From NCBI RefSeq assembly GCF_036588685.1, contig NC_086380.1:71052001-71116000 (forward strand): DNA of 64,000 bases. The letters run 5' to 3'. Under the pieces are notes generated by a model, which did not search any database, had not been told where the DNA came from, and saw nothing but the letters and a program-made list of their open reading frames with translations. Shown here piece after piece: positions 11,931-25,587 of this stretch. The stretch comes from Mytilus trossulus (taxonomy: Eukaryota). The stretch's first letter is position 1. Every line of letters begins with the position of its first letter. The translations under genes were made by a program, and so were the position numbers.

Positions 11931-14519
11931 AAGTCATTTCGTGTTTTAAAGTGTTTTTGTATCTTTTCATTTTGTTTCCGTCCCAAAAAACAATCCCCTT
12001 AAGAACCAGACGAATCAGTAAAATATGTATTTTTCAGTTGATAACTTCCGTCGACAGATAATTCTTGTCCATGATATGTATATTTTTGATTGTGTACGCG
12101 TACGGCTTTAACAATGAGGAAAACCCATACCGCATTGTCAGCTTTGAAAGGCCCCGAAATTACAATGTAAAACAACTCAAACAGAAAACTAACAGCCTAA
12201 TTTATGTACAAAACATGAATGAAAAACAAATATGTAACAAATAAAAAAAACGACAACCATAAACGAACTATAAAAAGCAGTTGAAAAAGCTCGACAAGGC
12301 CGTGTTTATATGTATTACATTTTGGGAGGGATGGTCTAATATGCGTACCAAACAATGGCAGTATAAATAATTCGTTGCTTGTGGTCACTATCTGGCAGAA
12401 ACTGGCAATGGCAACGTACTTGTACATATTCTTCTCGAAACTTTTGAGTAAAATAAAACCAATCCAGTTGAACGGGTATATGGAAATGTATAATACATGT
12501 ACTTTCATTGATTTCGGAAAATTCAAATGCACAAAAATAGATGATCTTTTGATCTGTTTTGTATGGTTCTAATACAACAAAATTATAAATAGTTACAGAA
12601 TTTGTAAACAGGCAATGGTTTACAGATGTATTGGTATTAATTTGCATGAGGTAGATTTCTATCCGGTCATGTTCTAATATGTTGTCCTGTTACATCACTG
12701 GACAAGTTTATGTAAGGGTTAAACCGGTTCACGCATATGATGTTCATCCCCACCACATCATGTGTGCGCGTGGTTTTCGTTGGTTCATGCCTGTCATGTT
12801 TATTTTCCATTAATTGTTTTGTTCATAAATCAGGCAGCTCCGTGGTGAAGGCCGTACATTGACCTAAAATGGTTTACTTTTTTAAAATTGTTATTAGGAT
12901 GGAGAGTTGTCTCATAGGCACTTACACCACATCTGCCTATATCTAGTTAAGTTTTATTATTTGCATTGTTAAACATTTTGTCATTTACATTTTTATATAG
13001 CTTACTATGTGATATTGGTTTTGATCATTGTCTAAGACTATATAGTGACCTATAGTTGTTTACTTCTACGACATCTTGCATATTGTGGAGACTTGTTTCA
13101 TTGGCATTCACACCATATCTTCTCTTTGTTATATGTGACTGATGGCGTTGTGACTATTTGACCACATGATAAAGGCCTAATTTAGATACCTTACTTTACT
13201 TAGTATACGTTTTTATTCCCCTGAAGTTGACACGAGATGGTTTGTAATGGTTCCAAATTATGTAATATCAAATTAATGTCACAATGATATAGATCTAGGC
13301 ATGTTTATTACAGAATGCATTAGTTAGACAAATCATGCGATGTAACACTATTGAGTTATCAGAAAAAAGTCATAAAGCAAGCTTATGTGTTATTTATTAC
13401 ACACACATGTTGTTGCATTGCTTCGACAACCACCAGTTAGTCATAAAAATATCGTGTATGAGTCATACTTGTATATAAAAAGACTACTCTCGGTCTAATT
13501 AGTTTTGGTTAATTATGATAGAAAACATATATAACCAGAAAAATGCATGCTTAAGAATTATACCTAATACCATGTCATTTTACCTGACGCTGTGTGGAAC
13601 ACTACATTCTTGAAATGCATTATGCATTACTGAATTTATATTGCATTGTAGATCATTTCAATATGTCCATGATGGTGCTTATAGCAATGTATGGAATTTA
13701 CATTTTGTAGGTAACCAATACAACTAATCAAATCTATCCCTACATCTAGAAGAATTTGACCATAGTAAAAAGTTCAACCACTAACCTACATTCATATATG
13801 ACGTATTAAAAGACTACAATCAGTAAATGAAAATAACACACATTTATAAATCCTACTATGTATCTGATCTGAAAATGAAAAGACTTGACGTTTTTTTCTA
13901 TTCATTAGAGTATAATAGAATTGAAATTTATATGTATTCTTCATAAGGAGCTTGGACTTGATTTTCACGCACCAGGAACGTTCAATCCCAAATGTTTGGA
14001 AACCAAGAATGTACAAGACCAAACCATACGAAGAGCTAAAGATCTAATGCAGATCGTCAGTATAAACCAAAATGTTCTGTTGCAAATAGGTAAATACTAT
14101 TTTTGCCATTATCATCTCTCTTTAGATTTAAAACAAATGCAATTAAGCAAAAGTGTTTCAATCCATAGATCTCGCCCCACTGCTAAATCGCCCGAAACCA
14201 AATGGTCCTATTATTTTATTTTCAAAAAAATACAATATTTTTTGGAGTTATTTGTCTCAATCGTTACTATCAAAATAGTGAAAATAGAGGACATATTTGT
14301 GAATGCAACAATTGTAACATATCTGTACATGCAGTTATCTGTGACAAAGATATTCTATAGTATTCAACTTAATCATGATGCCATCCGTTACTCTTTCAAA
14401 GTGAATACATCAATTTTACAAATAAATATTCTTGGCTCAATAGTATCAAGTATTAATTTTGAATACTAGTACGTACATATATTAAAAAAAGATAATAAGG
14501 TATTGTACCATCTTTTATC

Positions 14520-14772
14520 AACGCTTTTACAACCCTATGAAGTTACAAAAAGAAGCATTGTTTTTTTCAATACTTATAATAACATTGTTAAGCTACGAAC
14601 ATGAATACACGAATTTTATAGCTTGTATATTTGTTTCACCTGTGCACTTTATTGTGGGACCACGTGTTATCATGAATGAAAAGTTGTATAGAGTGATGCA
14701 ATTGCTTAATGAATAACATATGATCTGAGTTAGCCAATCAGAATAAAGTATTATAACGAAACCTACATCTAG
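14520..14772 (-). mobile_element. Interspersed repeat abutting the truncated 3' end of the gene 3 C1q exon
   Basis: Reverse complement resembles ~57700-57975 (cta.atgta.gtttc..ataatac..tagggttgtaaaagcgtt). Confidence 0.5.
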
Positions 14773-14790
14773 TTTATGTTTTAATTGAAA

Positions 14791-16678
14791 TATGCATCAT
14801 TTCCATTGCCTGAAGCAGGATTGCCGTATTCGTGCCTTACCTACACCATGTCACCTTTCTCAAGGACTTCTACTACTCTCTGACCTCCCATACTATATCT
14901 TTTAGAACTGCAATATACAACTGCAATCTGGTTTTCATTTTTTACTAACTTTAGGGGCAGTTCTTGGACACTTAGTTTAAATCCAGTAAACGATTAGAGA
15001 TAGACACCCTTTGTGGGGACAATAAAATTGTTATGTCTAGAATCATAAGCATTTCAAATATTAGGGACCACTGTACTGTATCACATAGGTTACTCTGTTG
15101 TAACTAAAACAATTACAAAAGTAGACAACGAAAAGTATGTATTTCACTAAATGCGCATGTAAATTTAATCGATTATTTAGAGATCAACAAATGTTAAGAG
15201 ATTTACATAAAGTAGTGCCTACAATGACGATAACCGGATGTAAGAAATAAAAATGCAGCGTGAAATCAATATCCTTGATGAATTTGGTAATGAGAGTGGT
15301 ACACAGACAACACAATTTCTATGTTAATGACAACGATAGTGTCTTTTCGTGTAATGAAAAATGTGTGAACAATACGACGTTGTGTAATTTTCATTTTAAT
15401 ACACTCGAGTTGTCATTGAACAATAGGTTCTTACTTTGACGTTATTACAAACGCCTATTGTGATACACGAATTGAAACAATTCGTCAACTTCCTAGCAGT
15501 TGTATATTTTGGTGAGTTTCTAGCTCATTTTCGTACACCTTTAAGTTTAATTGTTTAGATGTGCATTCCTGTTCTAGTAATACTCATTCAGACAACTATT
15601 CAGAAGTAGTCTTTTCTCCTTCTGGAATTTGGTCGACACCATTTTGTCACCTTGGCGCTTTTGATTAATGTCTTTCTCGTCGTCACTTAACAAAACGTGA
15701 TGACTTACAGAAGTAGACACTCCCATTTCATCTTCATTGTGATCGTTGTTATTCGATATGTTTCTATGGCAATCGCCCTCTTCCAGTATTGTGTAAAGAA
15801 TGTTCTTTCTAGTTTTGTTTTCTTCAGATACTGCATCAAACCTTTCGGTGAAATGTACCTTTGTCTCTAAAACTACCTGCATTATCTCTGATTTGTCTTT
15901 AAAAAAACATCTACTCCCTCTTTAAGTAAATTGTTTCATTAATAGTGGTATCTAGCTTTTGTTTCATTGTCCGCAGTTCTTTGTGCAAACTTTCAGTTTG
16001 CTCTGCAACTAGCCTAACAAAAGTAAAATATTTTACAAAAAAAAAAAACCCACCAAAAACAATCAAATATGTAAGTTTATTGATCTATGTTATTTTTTTA
16101 TTTCTTGATTTGTAGTTCAGGCATTTTGTATTGTCGTTTGTTTTTGATGCACTTCAGTGTGTCTATTGTTTCGTTGTTTTCATCTTATAGTTGCTGTGTT
16201 TCCCTCCGGTTTAGTTTGTAACTCGGATTAGTTTCCTCTCAATCGATTTATGACTTTTGAACAGCGGCATACTACTGTTGTCTTTATTTTTTATTTGAAT
16301 TGGTTTGAATATTTTTTCTGTTAGGACCTTTTACATCTTGACATGAGGTATGGGTTTTCCAAATTGTTCAATACCGCACGAAGACCTACAGTTGCTAATT
16401 TGATCTGTAATTGTATTTTTTTGCATTGCAAATCATTCTTACTATATGTTGTAGTTTTTCGGCTGTTGTATCTTATAGCATTTTACTCCAAATCTATTCG
16501 GTTCATTAGAAAATGTTTGGCAAATTAGACGTATCTCATAGAAAAGACATAACTAACGAATAACATATATTTACAGCAAACATGTCAGCTTATGATTGAC
16601 GTCATCATAATCTTGCAAAGTTGTCAATGCATAAAGGAAAGGTAATTCTAATAAAATGACATATATCCACAACAGCAT
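14791..16678 (-). pseudogene. C1qDC gene 3, pseudogene (sister of gene 1)
   Basis: Exon 1 is 16582-16678; the junction T|AG would create TAG. Exon 2 (15594-16002) has two 1-nt deletions and a TAG at ~15912. The C1q exon (~14791-15103) has at least 5 in-frame stops, lacks the AFSA..LGQHQ segment, and is truncated at its 3' end next to a repeat. Confidence 0.88.
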
Positions 16679-17079
16679 GATTTAAATGTAAGTCAACGAT
16701 TGAGACCTACATCTTATCATAATATTTGAATACATGCAGGTCAATATAAATGCAATGAAGATCATAGAGCAATAGATAACTTTTGCGATAGATTGCAATG
16801 ACTCTCAATCTTTCTGGTCTTCAAATCAGAATTTAAAATGACGAGCACAAGCTTCCATGAACAAGACACAATTTGATATAAAATAAAGATTTAAATCTCG
16901 GTCTATTTCTTACATACTTTTGATTTTTTTTAACTTTGTATGCTGACAGTGCCCCATCTGAAAATTTTAAATTGTTTGTTTATACATTGAACGACAAATA
17001 TATGTTAAGTTTAAAATTTTGTTTGTAGATAGATCATTTTGTGTTCTGTTAAATTGTTCCTTTTAAAATTGTTACACGA

Positions 17080-17375
17080 TGACGAATGCCGTACCCATAT
17101 TTCAACTATGTTATTCATTATGTTTATTTAGTTCACGTTTCATTGTAAATACAACGGAATTTGATGAGACTGTCATCAAAGTGAGAGGTTTAGCGCTATA
17201 AAACCGGATTTATTAACCATTTTCTACATTAGAAAATGCCTGCACTAAGTCAGGATAATGACAATTCTTGTTCATTCGTTTTTTATGTGTTTTGTCACTT
17301 GATTTTGCCATGTGATTATGGACTTCCCGATTAGATTTTCCTCTGAGTTCAGTATCTTTTGTGATTTTACTCTTT
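17080..17375 (+). mobile_element. Abundant ~300-bp interspersed repeat
   Basis: gtacccatattt..gtgagaggtttagcgctataaaacc..aagtcagga..gagttcagtat. Further copies at ~29130-29425, 40090-40380 and 47145-47460. Confidence 0.65.
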
Positions 17376-19410
17376 ATGGACCACAATTTCTTAAGTCACA
17401 CGAATTAAGCTGAAAAAAACAAAAGCCAAAAAACATACATCGCTTTTGGTGTACTGTATATAGTAAACAATTATACATTTTGAAGAATGATATTGGATAC
17501 ATTTGCCCATTATATATATGATATTGTGGGGAAGACTGCATTCTTGAATTTCAATATACTAGAACATTATTCTTGATAGATAATTTCCATGTGTCGATGA
17601 CGTTTTGAAAAGCAATCTATGGAATCACATGTTGAAGGTAACCAATACAACCAATCGAATGTATTCTATTAGTTAGTAAAATTTGACCTTCATGAAACCA
17701 CGAGAGTACTGCAATACAGTAAATGAAAACAGCAGATGATAAATTTCGTCCTCCGATATTCTTCTCTGAAAACCCCTACAGCAGTACACAAGAACCTAAA
17801 AATTTAAAAAATAATGATGTATAAGATTAAATCACTCGTTAAAAAAAGCTAGTTAGGTACGTCAGTATTCATGACGCTCTACTGCAAAATGATTAAAACT
17901 ATTCTTTCCAACCAATTTCCTATTTTAAACATTGAATTGTACATTTAAGTTATGATCATTTGAACGAGCTTTTAAAAAATGGAGTGACACCAATAAATAA
18001 AGACAAATATACCATGGTCGAAAGTAAACAGACACTCATCCTCACTAACCCTTACAGAAAGGGGAAACAACAAAACCTGCAATGAAATCAAATTATCTGG
18101 AAGGGCAAGATGTTCCTGTCCGCTTCGTAATGAGTATTTCAAATAAAATGTATAGAGACAATCATTGCCAATGGTTAACTTCTCCTTTTACTGATTTTGT
18201 TTAGTTTTTAGGAGAACGTTTTCATTGTCGTATCGTAGTTTTTTATTTTTGAAATAGAAAAGTCTTGTATCCTGCCTCATTGTTTTGTGTATATACTATA
18301 TTTCGAAACAAATGATAGCAACACAATACAAAACAATACAATTCAACTGAATGAGTAGTAAACGGAGATAGCTACATATTAGATATAAAACACAGTTTAG
18401 CACTACAAGCATGTTCGTTGATTATCTTGTCAGTGGTTGTCTTGTAATATTTCTGCACATTTTCTTCTTTGATTGTTTTTGGAATTTATTGTTGATGGTA
18501 AATTTTTGATAGTTACTGTTTGATTTCAACAAGGTTAGTATTCTTAAATTGAGACGATTTTGACCTATTCATCTTGTGTAAGCACTCAACCATTTGTGAC
18601 AATTGTATGTTGCCCTGGATTTATCGTTTTGCCTCTAGGGTCGTTAGATTGCTGTTTTGTCGAAGCATATCCCACTGCTTTTTATTTCATATCAGTCAAC
18701 TTAACAAAAAATTAATATTAGTAAATCAATGAACACTTTGTAAAATAATATTACCTTTTTGATCATTGTTGATTTATTTTTATGTAAAATGAAGTCGAGG
18801 AAAATGACAATTCCATGGAAAACGCAAATCATCGAACAGATAAACAGCAGTCAATTAAACAATTCACAGTTAAATAAAGACTGAGCAGCTAGACCAATAA
18901 AACTCGGCTGTGATATTAAAGGAATCCCCCTTACAGTTCCCTTTCCTCTGCTTCCAACTCCCTACTTCTTTACTACAAGACGAAAATATTTAAATATTTT
19001 CATGATTTGCCCCCCCCCCCCCCCAGGCATATTCCTTTTTTGATCAGTCCCCTCGACTCACGTCCCCCGTCTGACTCACGCTTGTATAATACGCATTCCA
19101 CTGTGCCCATACCATTGTTCATGCTTTCGTTTATGGCAAGTACTCAATCGGTTATAATTCTCGGCGATATCAAATTGAGAAATAAACGAATTGAGACTGC
19201 GAAAGTTGTAGCATATTTGTGGTTATCTGTGAGACATATATTCGATAAGTTACCATGTCATGATACCATCTGGAACACTTAACAAGTGAACACATATCAA
19301 ATTTACCACTATGAATAATTGGTTCAAAAACTAAAAGTATCAGTTTGAAATACAAGTACATCTATGAAAGAAAAAATAGAAGATACTTTTACAGTTTTTA
19401 TTTAATATGT

Positions 19411-19826
19411 TTATATTGCAAACAACAGTACCCCTGTAAAAGTATTATATGGACCGCTTCCATTAAGCTGAACAGGTCCGCCGAATATATGATGCCTAAC
19501 CCAAACTACATCACCTTTCTCAAGGACTTCTACTATCATCTGACTACCCATATTGCTGGTCATATGACTGCAAAAAAACAGTGCAATCTGGTTTCCGTTT
19601 TTTACCATTTCTAGGTAAACATCTTGGCTACCACTGTTCATTCCAGTGAACGATAAGAGATATATACCCTTTTTCGGGACGATGAAATGGTTATGTCTAG
19701 GATCATAAGCATTTCCAATATTAGTGATCACTGTATTGTAACCAACAGTCTGATGCTGACCGAGTTGAACGTGTCCCCCTGTCAATTGTGCGGAAAAAGC
19801 AATGTCCGTAGGTAACTGTGTTAAGA
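19411..19826 (-). CDS. C1qDC gene 4, exon 3 (intact C1q domain)
   Basis: Within ORF 19411..19875: IAFSAQLTGG, VITNIGNAYD..FIVPKKGIYLLSF, LEKGDVVWVR, NTFTGVLLF. Acceptor ttttag|TC and AATAAA at 19402-19397. Confidence 0.8.
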
Positions 19827-22531
19827 CTAAAACAGAAAAAAATATAAAGAAGTCAAAGGTACATATTACAATCAATGTAAGGCAAGTAAGTCAATATTTC
19901 ATTATTGTGTCACAATTTAAAATACATCATTATACAAAAAATAAAAACAAGAATGTGTCCATAGTACACGGATGCCCCAATAGCACTATCATTTTCTATG
20001 TTCAATTGACCGCTAAATAGGGGTATAATCTCAAATGTGGCATAACAATTAAAAGATCATAGGGAACATTTTATTAAGTTTCAAGTGGAATGAAATTCAA
20101 CTTCACCAACTTGACCACAATTTATTCTGACGTGGAACAGACGAACTGACGAACGGACGAATTCACAGTCTGGCACACAGACCAGAAAACATAATGCTCA
20201 TAAATGGAACATTAATACCTTTAAAACTATATAACAACATCCCTGCCTTTAAGACAAATGAGACACGTTAATCCTTTTCAAAATTAAATTATATATACTC
20301 AAATCACTTATCAAAACATAAACCAAATGGCGCATGCAGGATGAAAGAAATAACATTGAAGCATTTCATCAATTTATTCTTGTTAAAATAGGTAACAATA
20401 GTGGTGCTGTTAAAATTTACCGCAGTTCTTCTGTTAAAAACACCTACTGTGGATTATTTTTTTCCTGAGTATAATCGTTTGCGGTCTAAGACAACAAAAA
20501 TGTTCGTGGTTTTCCAAAGTTAGATACAAGCCAAAAGATATGTGTACTTCGTCGAACACTACAATTCGTGGTTAGTAAGTAATCACGTGTCAACGAACAT
20601 TGGTATCCAACGAATATAAATGAATCCCTAATATATCATGTTTTCATTTGGTTTTGGACAATTTGGTAACGATACGACTCGCTTACTAAACCATCATCAA
20701 CCAAGCCTAGATAATATATAATTTATTTTTCAATGACCTGATTTTTAAACAAATAAATCGAATACTCGACAACCAAATACATCAAACCGATATCACTTTT
20801 TTGTTTGTTTAAAAGTACTTTATAATTATCTTTAGAACTGAAATAAATGTATAAACACAATAACTTACTGAATATAAAGTAAAGCAGAAATATATGTTTA
20901 AAGTTTGTATTTATTCTTTATTCAATCCTTTGTGCATTCAAAAGAATTTTCAGTTATGTTGGTAACTTCTTGAGTCACCTACACTGTCCGCAAATTTTTA
21001 GCTGACGAAAGGATCAAAACTGAATTTAAAAATATTTTTACCATTTTTGGCATATGCAGAAAACACATGATATTGGTGTTATTGTGATTTTGATGTAATC
21101 TGACACATTGACCCCGCTGAATTCAACCTTGTTTCAAATTCGTTTAACAAACGTAACCAATCTTGGACGAGCCATTTATTTTATAACCCAATTTTTCTCA
21201 ATGTTTACTACGTTTTCTTTTTTAGTAGATTCAACGTCCAGGAAAGCTGTTTTTTTCTTTGTGATCGTTTAGAGAGTTTTCGTGTAAGAGATAAGTTGTA
21301 AAATAGGTACCCTCATTAATCTCAAATACTATTTAGTAAAGTGTGTAGCAAAATTTCTTTGAGTATAGTATATTAACTATTGGTAACAATTCTGTCCGTA
21401 TTTAGACACTCATTCAATTCACAATCTGAAGTTTTTATATGGATGAGTAATACCTATTGAACCGAGGTTAATCGACGGTAACGACGTAACCAAACAATCG
21501 TATTGTGACATAGGAGTTTTAGGGGAAAGTGCATGTCGAAAAATCCTCAAAAGTTGTATATTTTGAAGAGTTTTCAGCTCATTGACGTATACATTTGAAC
21601 TATGTTGCGATTTTTCTCAGATCCTTATACATAGCATTTCTTACAGTTATCCTGAATAGTAGTCTTTTCTCTTGCTGGAATTCGATCGGCAATACTTTGC
21701 CATTCTGTGTCTTTGCTTGCCTACTCTTTGTGTCGTCACTAAACAAAACCGGTCCACTTACAGAAGTAGATGCTCCCATTTCGTTTTCGTTTTGTTCGTT
21801 GTTATTCGGCACGTTCCCGTCGGTATCTCTATCTTCCAACAATGTGAATAGAATGTTCTTCATATATCTGTTTTCTTCAAATACTGTATCTAACCGTTCT
21901 TCTAAATGTGCATTTGTTTCTAAAGTCGTGTCTAACTTCTGTTTCATGGTCTGTAATTCCTGATTCAAACGTTCAAACTGCTCTGAAACCAGAAGAATAA
22001 CAGTAAATCTTTTAACAGACCAACCAAATATGTAATTTGCAATATCTGTATTATTTGGTCTTTCTTTGTTTAATTGTACTATGTATATTTGTTGCTGTTG
22101 ATCACATTTGTTTTTACATTCATTGCTTTGTACAAAAGTCAAGCCATTATTTTTCTCGTTTAAGTTGTTTTATATTTGTCGTGTCGGTTGTTTAAAGCTA
22201 CCCGTAAGGTATGGGTTTTGCTAATTATTGAATGCCGACGGTAAGTTATAGTGCTTGATTCGACGTCTTTAATTGATAAATGTCTCATTAGAAAACAAAC
22301 CATTTTTCTAACTTTGACTGACTCTTGTCGCCACAGATCTTTATCAATAAATGTACTAGCGAATGAGATTAAGATACCCTACGTAGAGTATATTATATAA
22401 AAAGAACCAAAGTAAAAATAAACCTAGATACTACATACTACAAACCTATAACGACTGTCAACTTGTGATTGGTGTCATCATTTCCTGGCAAAGATGTCGA
22501 TGCATAAAACGACATATATCCAAAACAACAT
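19411..22531 (-). pseudogene. C1qDC gene 4, disrupted (probable young pseudogene); exons 22446-22531, 21645-21982, 19411-19826
   Basis: A 20-nt deletion in exon 1 between TTTA microhomologies gives MLFWIYVVLCIDIFARK-stop. Two extra nt just before the exon 2 donor turn it to phase 0. Exon 2 and the C1q exon are otherwise open. Confidence 0.65.
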
Positions 22532-24654
22532 AGTGTATGTCTATTATGGATTGCGACCTACAATGTTCTTATCGTTAAGATAAATGCCATGCAGGTCAAT
22601 GCAAATGACACGAAGATCACTTGAACATTATATAATTCGTGAGTGTTCTGTCACCACAGAAAGTTTGTACCAGATTAGATCCAACAGAAGTCAATCAAAT
22701 AAGGCAGGTCTTCAAATATTGTCTTTATTGGACGAATAGCAAGTAAAAAGCTACAAAAAACAAGGGAAACGCATTCAAGCTCTTGTTTTAACAGAAAAAA
22801 ATCGAGTTTCACAAATTAAAGTTAACACAAGTTTAATTATGACACCTTTTGCGATCAATACACATCAAATCTAGCATAACCCTTGTACAAAAATTATATA
22901 AATTTCTCAAAAAGCTTGTAGATTTATAATATAGACAAAAGGAATATCAATTAAGATTAAAAACGGGCTTATTTCATACAAAAAATACGAATTTGTCACA
23001 TCTAAACAATTATCAAGAGCGATGGCTAAAATTATCACAAATTACTGAAATTATCAATCAAAACAACTGAACTATCTAAGGTAAGTGTTCTGCAACATAG
23101 TATTAATTAAAAAATAAAGTAACTAAGACATTCATACACTTTAGTTATCCAAAGGAACTTGCTTGCCATGTGTATACAAATATAAAAGGAGATACTCAGC
23201 AAAATGGTTCCTATGTAGCGCAGTCCAAATTTTCGGCTGAAAAAGTGCAAGAACTGTGAGACAGATTGCAATGAATTACTAAATTATAACTGATCTTCAA
23301 ATCTGAATTTGAAAAAAAAACGAAAACATTCTTCTGTAAATTTAAAAAAAATAAATATCGAATAATGATACTATTGCATAATATGGTTTATACGTCTATG
23401 AAAAACAATCCCTTCGTCCATCGAAAAAAGCAAGATAAAAATAAAACAACTAATGGAACGGCGATAGGTGTATTTCATTTTATCAACCACCATAAACTTG
23501 GGAATATAATATTGAATACACAGGTAATTAAATATGACGTTGTGTAGAAGACTGCTTTCTTGAATTGCTATATACAACACTGATTTTAGATTGCACGATA
23601 CATTAACTTCATGTGCCGAGGACGAATTTGAAAGCAATGTATGGAATTCACATTTTGTAGGTAACCAATACAACCATTCGAATGTATCCTTACATCATGA
23701 AGCATTTGACCGTAGTAAGATTATTAGAATACTGCAATACGGTAAATAAAACCATTAGATGACTAGTTTCGTGCTTTCGAAACGTTTTTCATGATTAATC
23801 TTGAACATTATCTCACAGCCAAACATTTAAAAGATAAATATGCATAAAACTAAACCAGATAAATAGCTGAAGATATCATACGGAACGCCAGTATAATATG
23901 CGATATGGGATTTGGTCATTGTTGAAGGCCATACAGTGACCTATAGTAGTTAATTTCTGTGTCATTTGGTGTCTGGCGGGGATTTGTCTCATTGACTAGC
24001 ATACCACATCTTCCTTTTTATATGACATACTCTTTTTCAAATGGATTGACACTGCTCTATGCCATCAACATCTTTTTGCTGGGGGATGGAATGTGTACAA
24101 TTCAGTGAAAATGCATGATTGCACATCAAATTGATAAGCTTTTAAAAAAGGGAGACATGAAGTCGAAGATAGATAAATTTACTATGGTCAAAATTAAACA
24201 TACAAAACGGCAGCCTTAATTCGCTCATGAGTCTTTGTGTCAAGGAAAAAATCATGGCAAAGAAAAATCAAAGTAAAGATAAACAATAGCCTACAAGACA
24301 ATCAAATAAGAACTTCAGACTTAGCAGCACATGCCATGAAATCGCTAATGACAATAAATCTTATTGAGGTGTAATCAGTTCCTACTTCAAACATGCCATC
24401 CATTGTGGTGTTTAAAGCAACTATGTATTCTTTAAAATCGAGAAAACGAGGATTGGATTGAGACTGAGATTGGTACATATCAGTGGTTATCTGTGACACA
24501 GATATTTTATAACTGTCAATAAAACCATGATGCTATTCGGAACACCTTCGAAGTTAAACTAGGAGTACTTGGTCCAATACTTAAATAAAATAGTGAAACG
24601 CTATTACATTTTTAAAACAAAAGATCATATTGTGATATAAGCTTTTATTTATGA

Positions 24655-25073
24655 TCATATTGAAAACAACAGTACCCCTGTAAAGGTGTTATATGGATCA
24701 TTTCCATTGATTTGAACAGCTCCGCTGTGTACGTGCCTAACCCACACGATATCACCTTTCTCAAGAACTTCTACTATTGTTTGGCTACCCATACTATTGG
24801 CCTTAGGACTACAATATACAATTGCAATCTCCTTTCCATTTTTCATCATTTCTAGGTATACATTTTGACCATCAACGTTCATTCCAGTGAATGACAAGAG
24901 ATAAACACCCTTTTCCGGGACGATAAAATTGTTATGGTTAGCATCATAAGCATTTCCAATATTAGTGTCCACTGTATTATATCCGACAGTTTGATGATGA
25001 CCAAGTTGGACATTCCCTCCAGTTAATTTTGCAGAGAAAGCAACCCTAGATACCGCAGGAGAATCAGTCGTTA
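24655..25073 (-). CDS. C1qDC gene 5, exon 3 (C1q domain); spliced product 313 aa
   Basis: Acceptor gttttag|TA. VAFSAKLTGG..TNIGNAYD..FIVPEKGVYLLSF..LEKGDIVWVR..NTFTGVLLF. Stop TGA is followed by AATAAA. Confidence 0.93.
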
Positions 25074-25587
25074 CTAAAACAAACAAAAAAAGGTACATTG
25101 ACATTTAATTTACTTCTTCTATTTAACAAACAAAATGAATTGTTTTATAAGACAGTAGTTTGTGGAATGACGGTTCACGGATATGTCAAGAAGATCGATA
25201 CACAAACGCCACCATTCGTATGTTAATGACAATCGTGTTGTCTCTTAGTTAATTAGTCGACCATAGAAAATAGTCAACAAAGGAATGTTTTGATACATTT
25301 GTTTAAAATTAAAAACGGATTTCCAAAATAAATACAAACCAAACCTGGAATGCTACAATTACAGAAAAAAGGCAATGCATTTCGTTCCGAAATTACTTTA
25401 AGTGTAATTTATACTCAATAGCTGTATGTTTGAAACCATATAATTTTCTTTTTCTTTTGTAAAAACGTTCGCAGTTTCGATTTTCTAGACATTCATAAAA
25501 TTTCTTTAAATTTATATATTTTGGTCAGTTTCTAGCGTGTTGACGTATACCTTTTAAACTTTTTGATATATATTATAATCCATTTAA

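Noticed and set aside
13921-14469. 182-aa ORF on the plus strand
   Set aside because: Non-ATG start, overlaps a common repeat end, AT-rich I/F/K-biased composition and no recognisable domain.
21595-21963. Plus-strand ORFs opposite exon 2 (also 26262-26537, 37045-37299, 41386-41649)
   Set aside because: Antisense shadows of the coiled-coil exons.
23371-23673. 100-aa ORF over the conserved spacer block
   Set aside because: I could not find a matching conserved reading frame in the copies at ~13600 and ~17550, and there is no recognisable domain.
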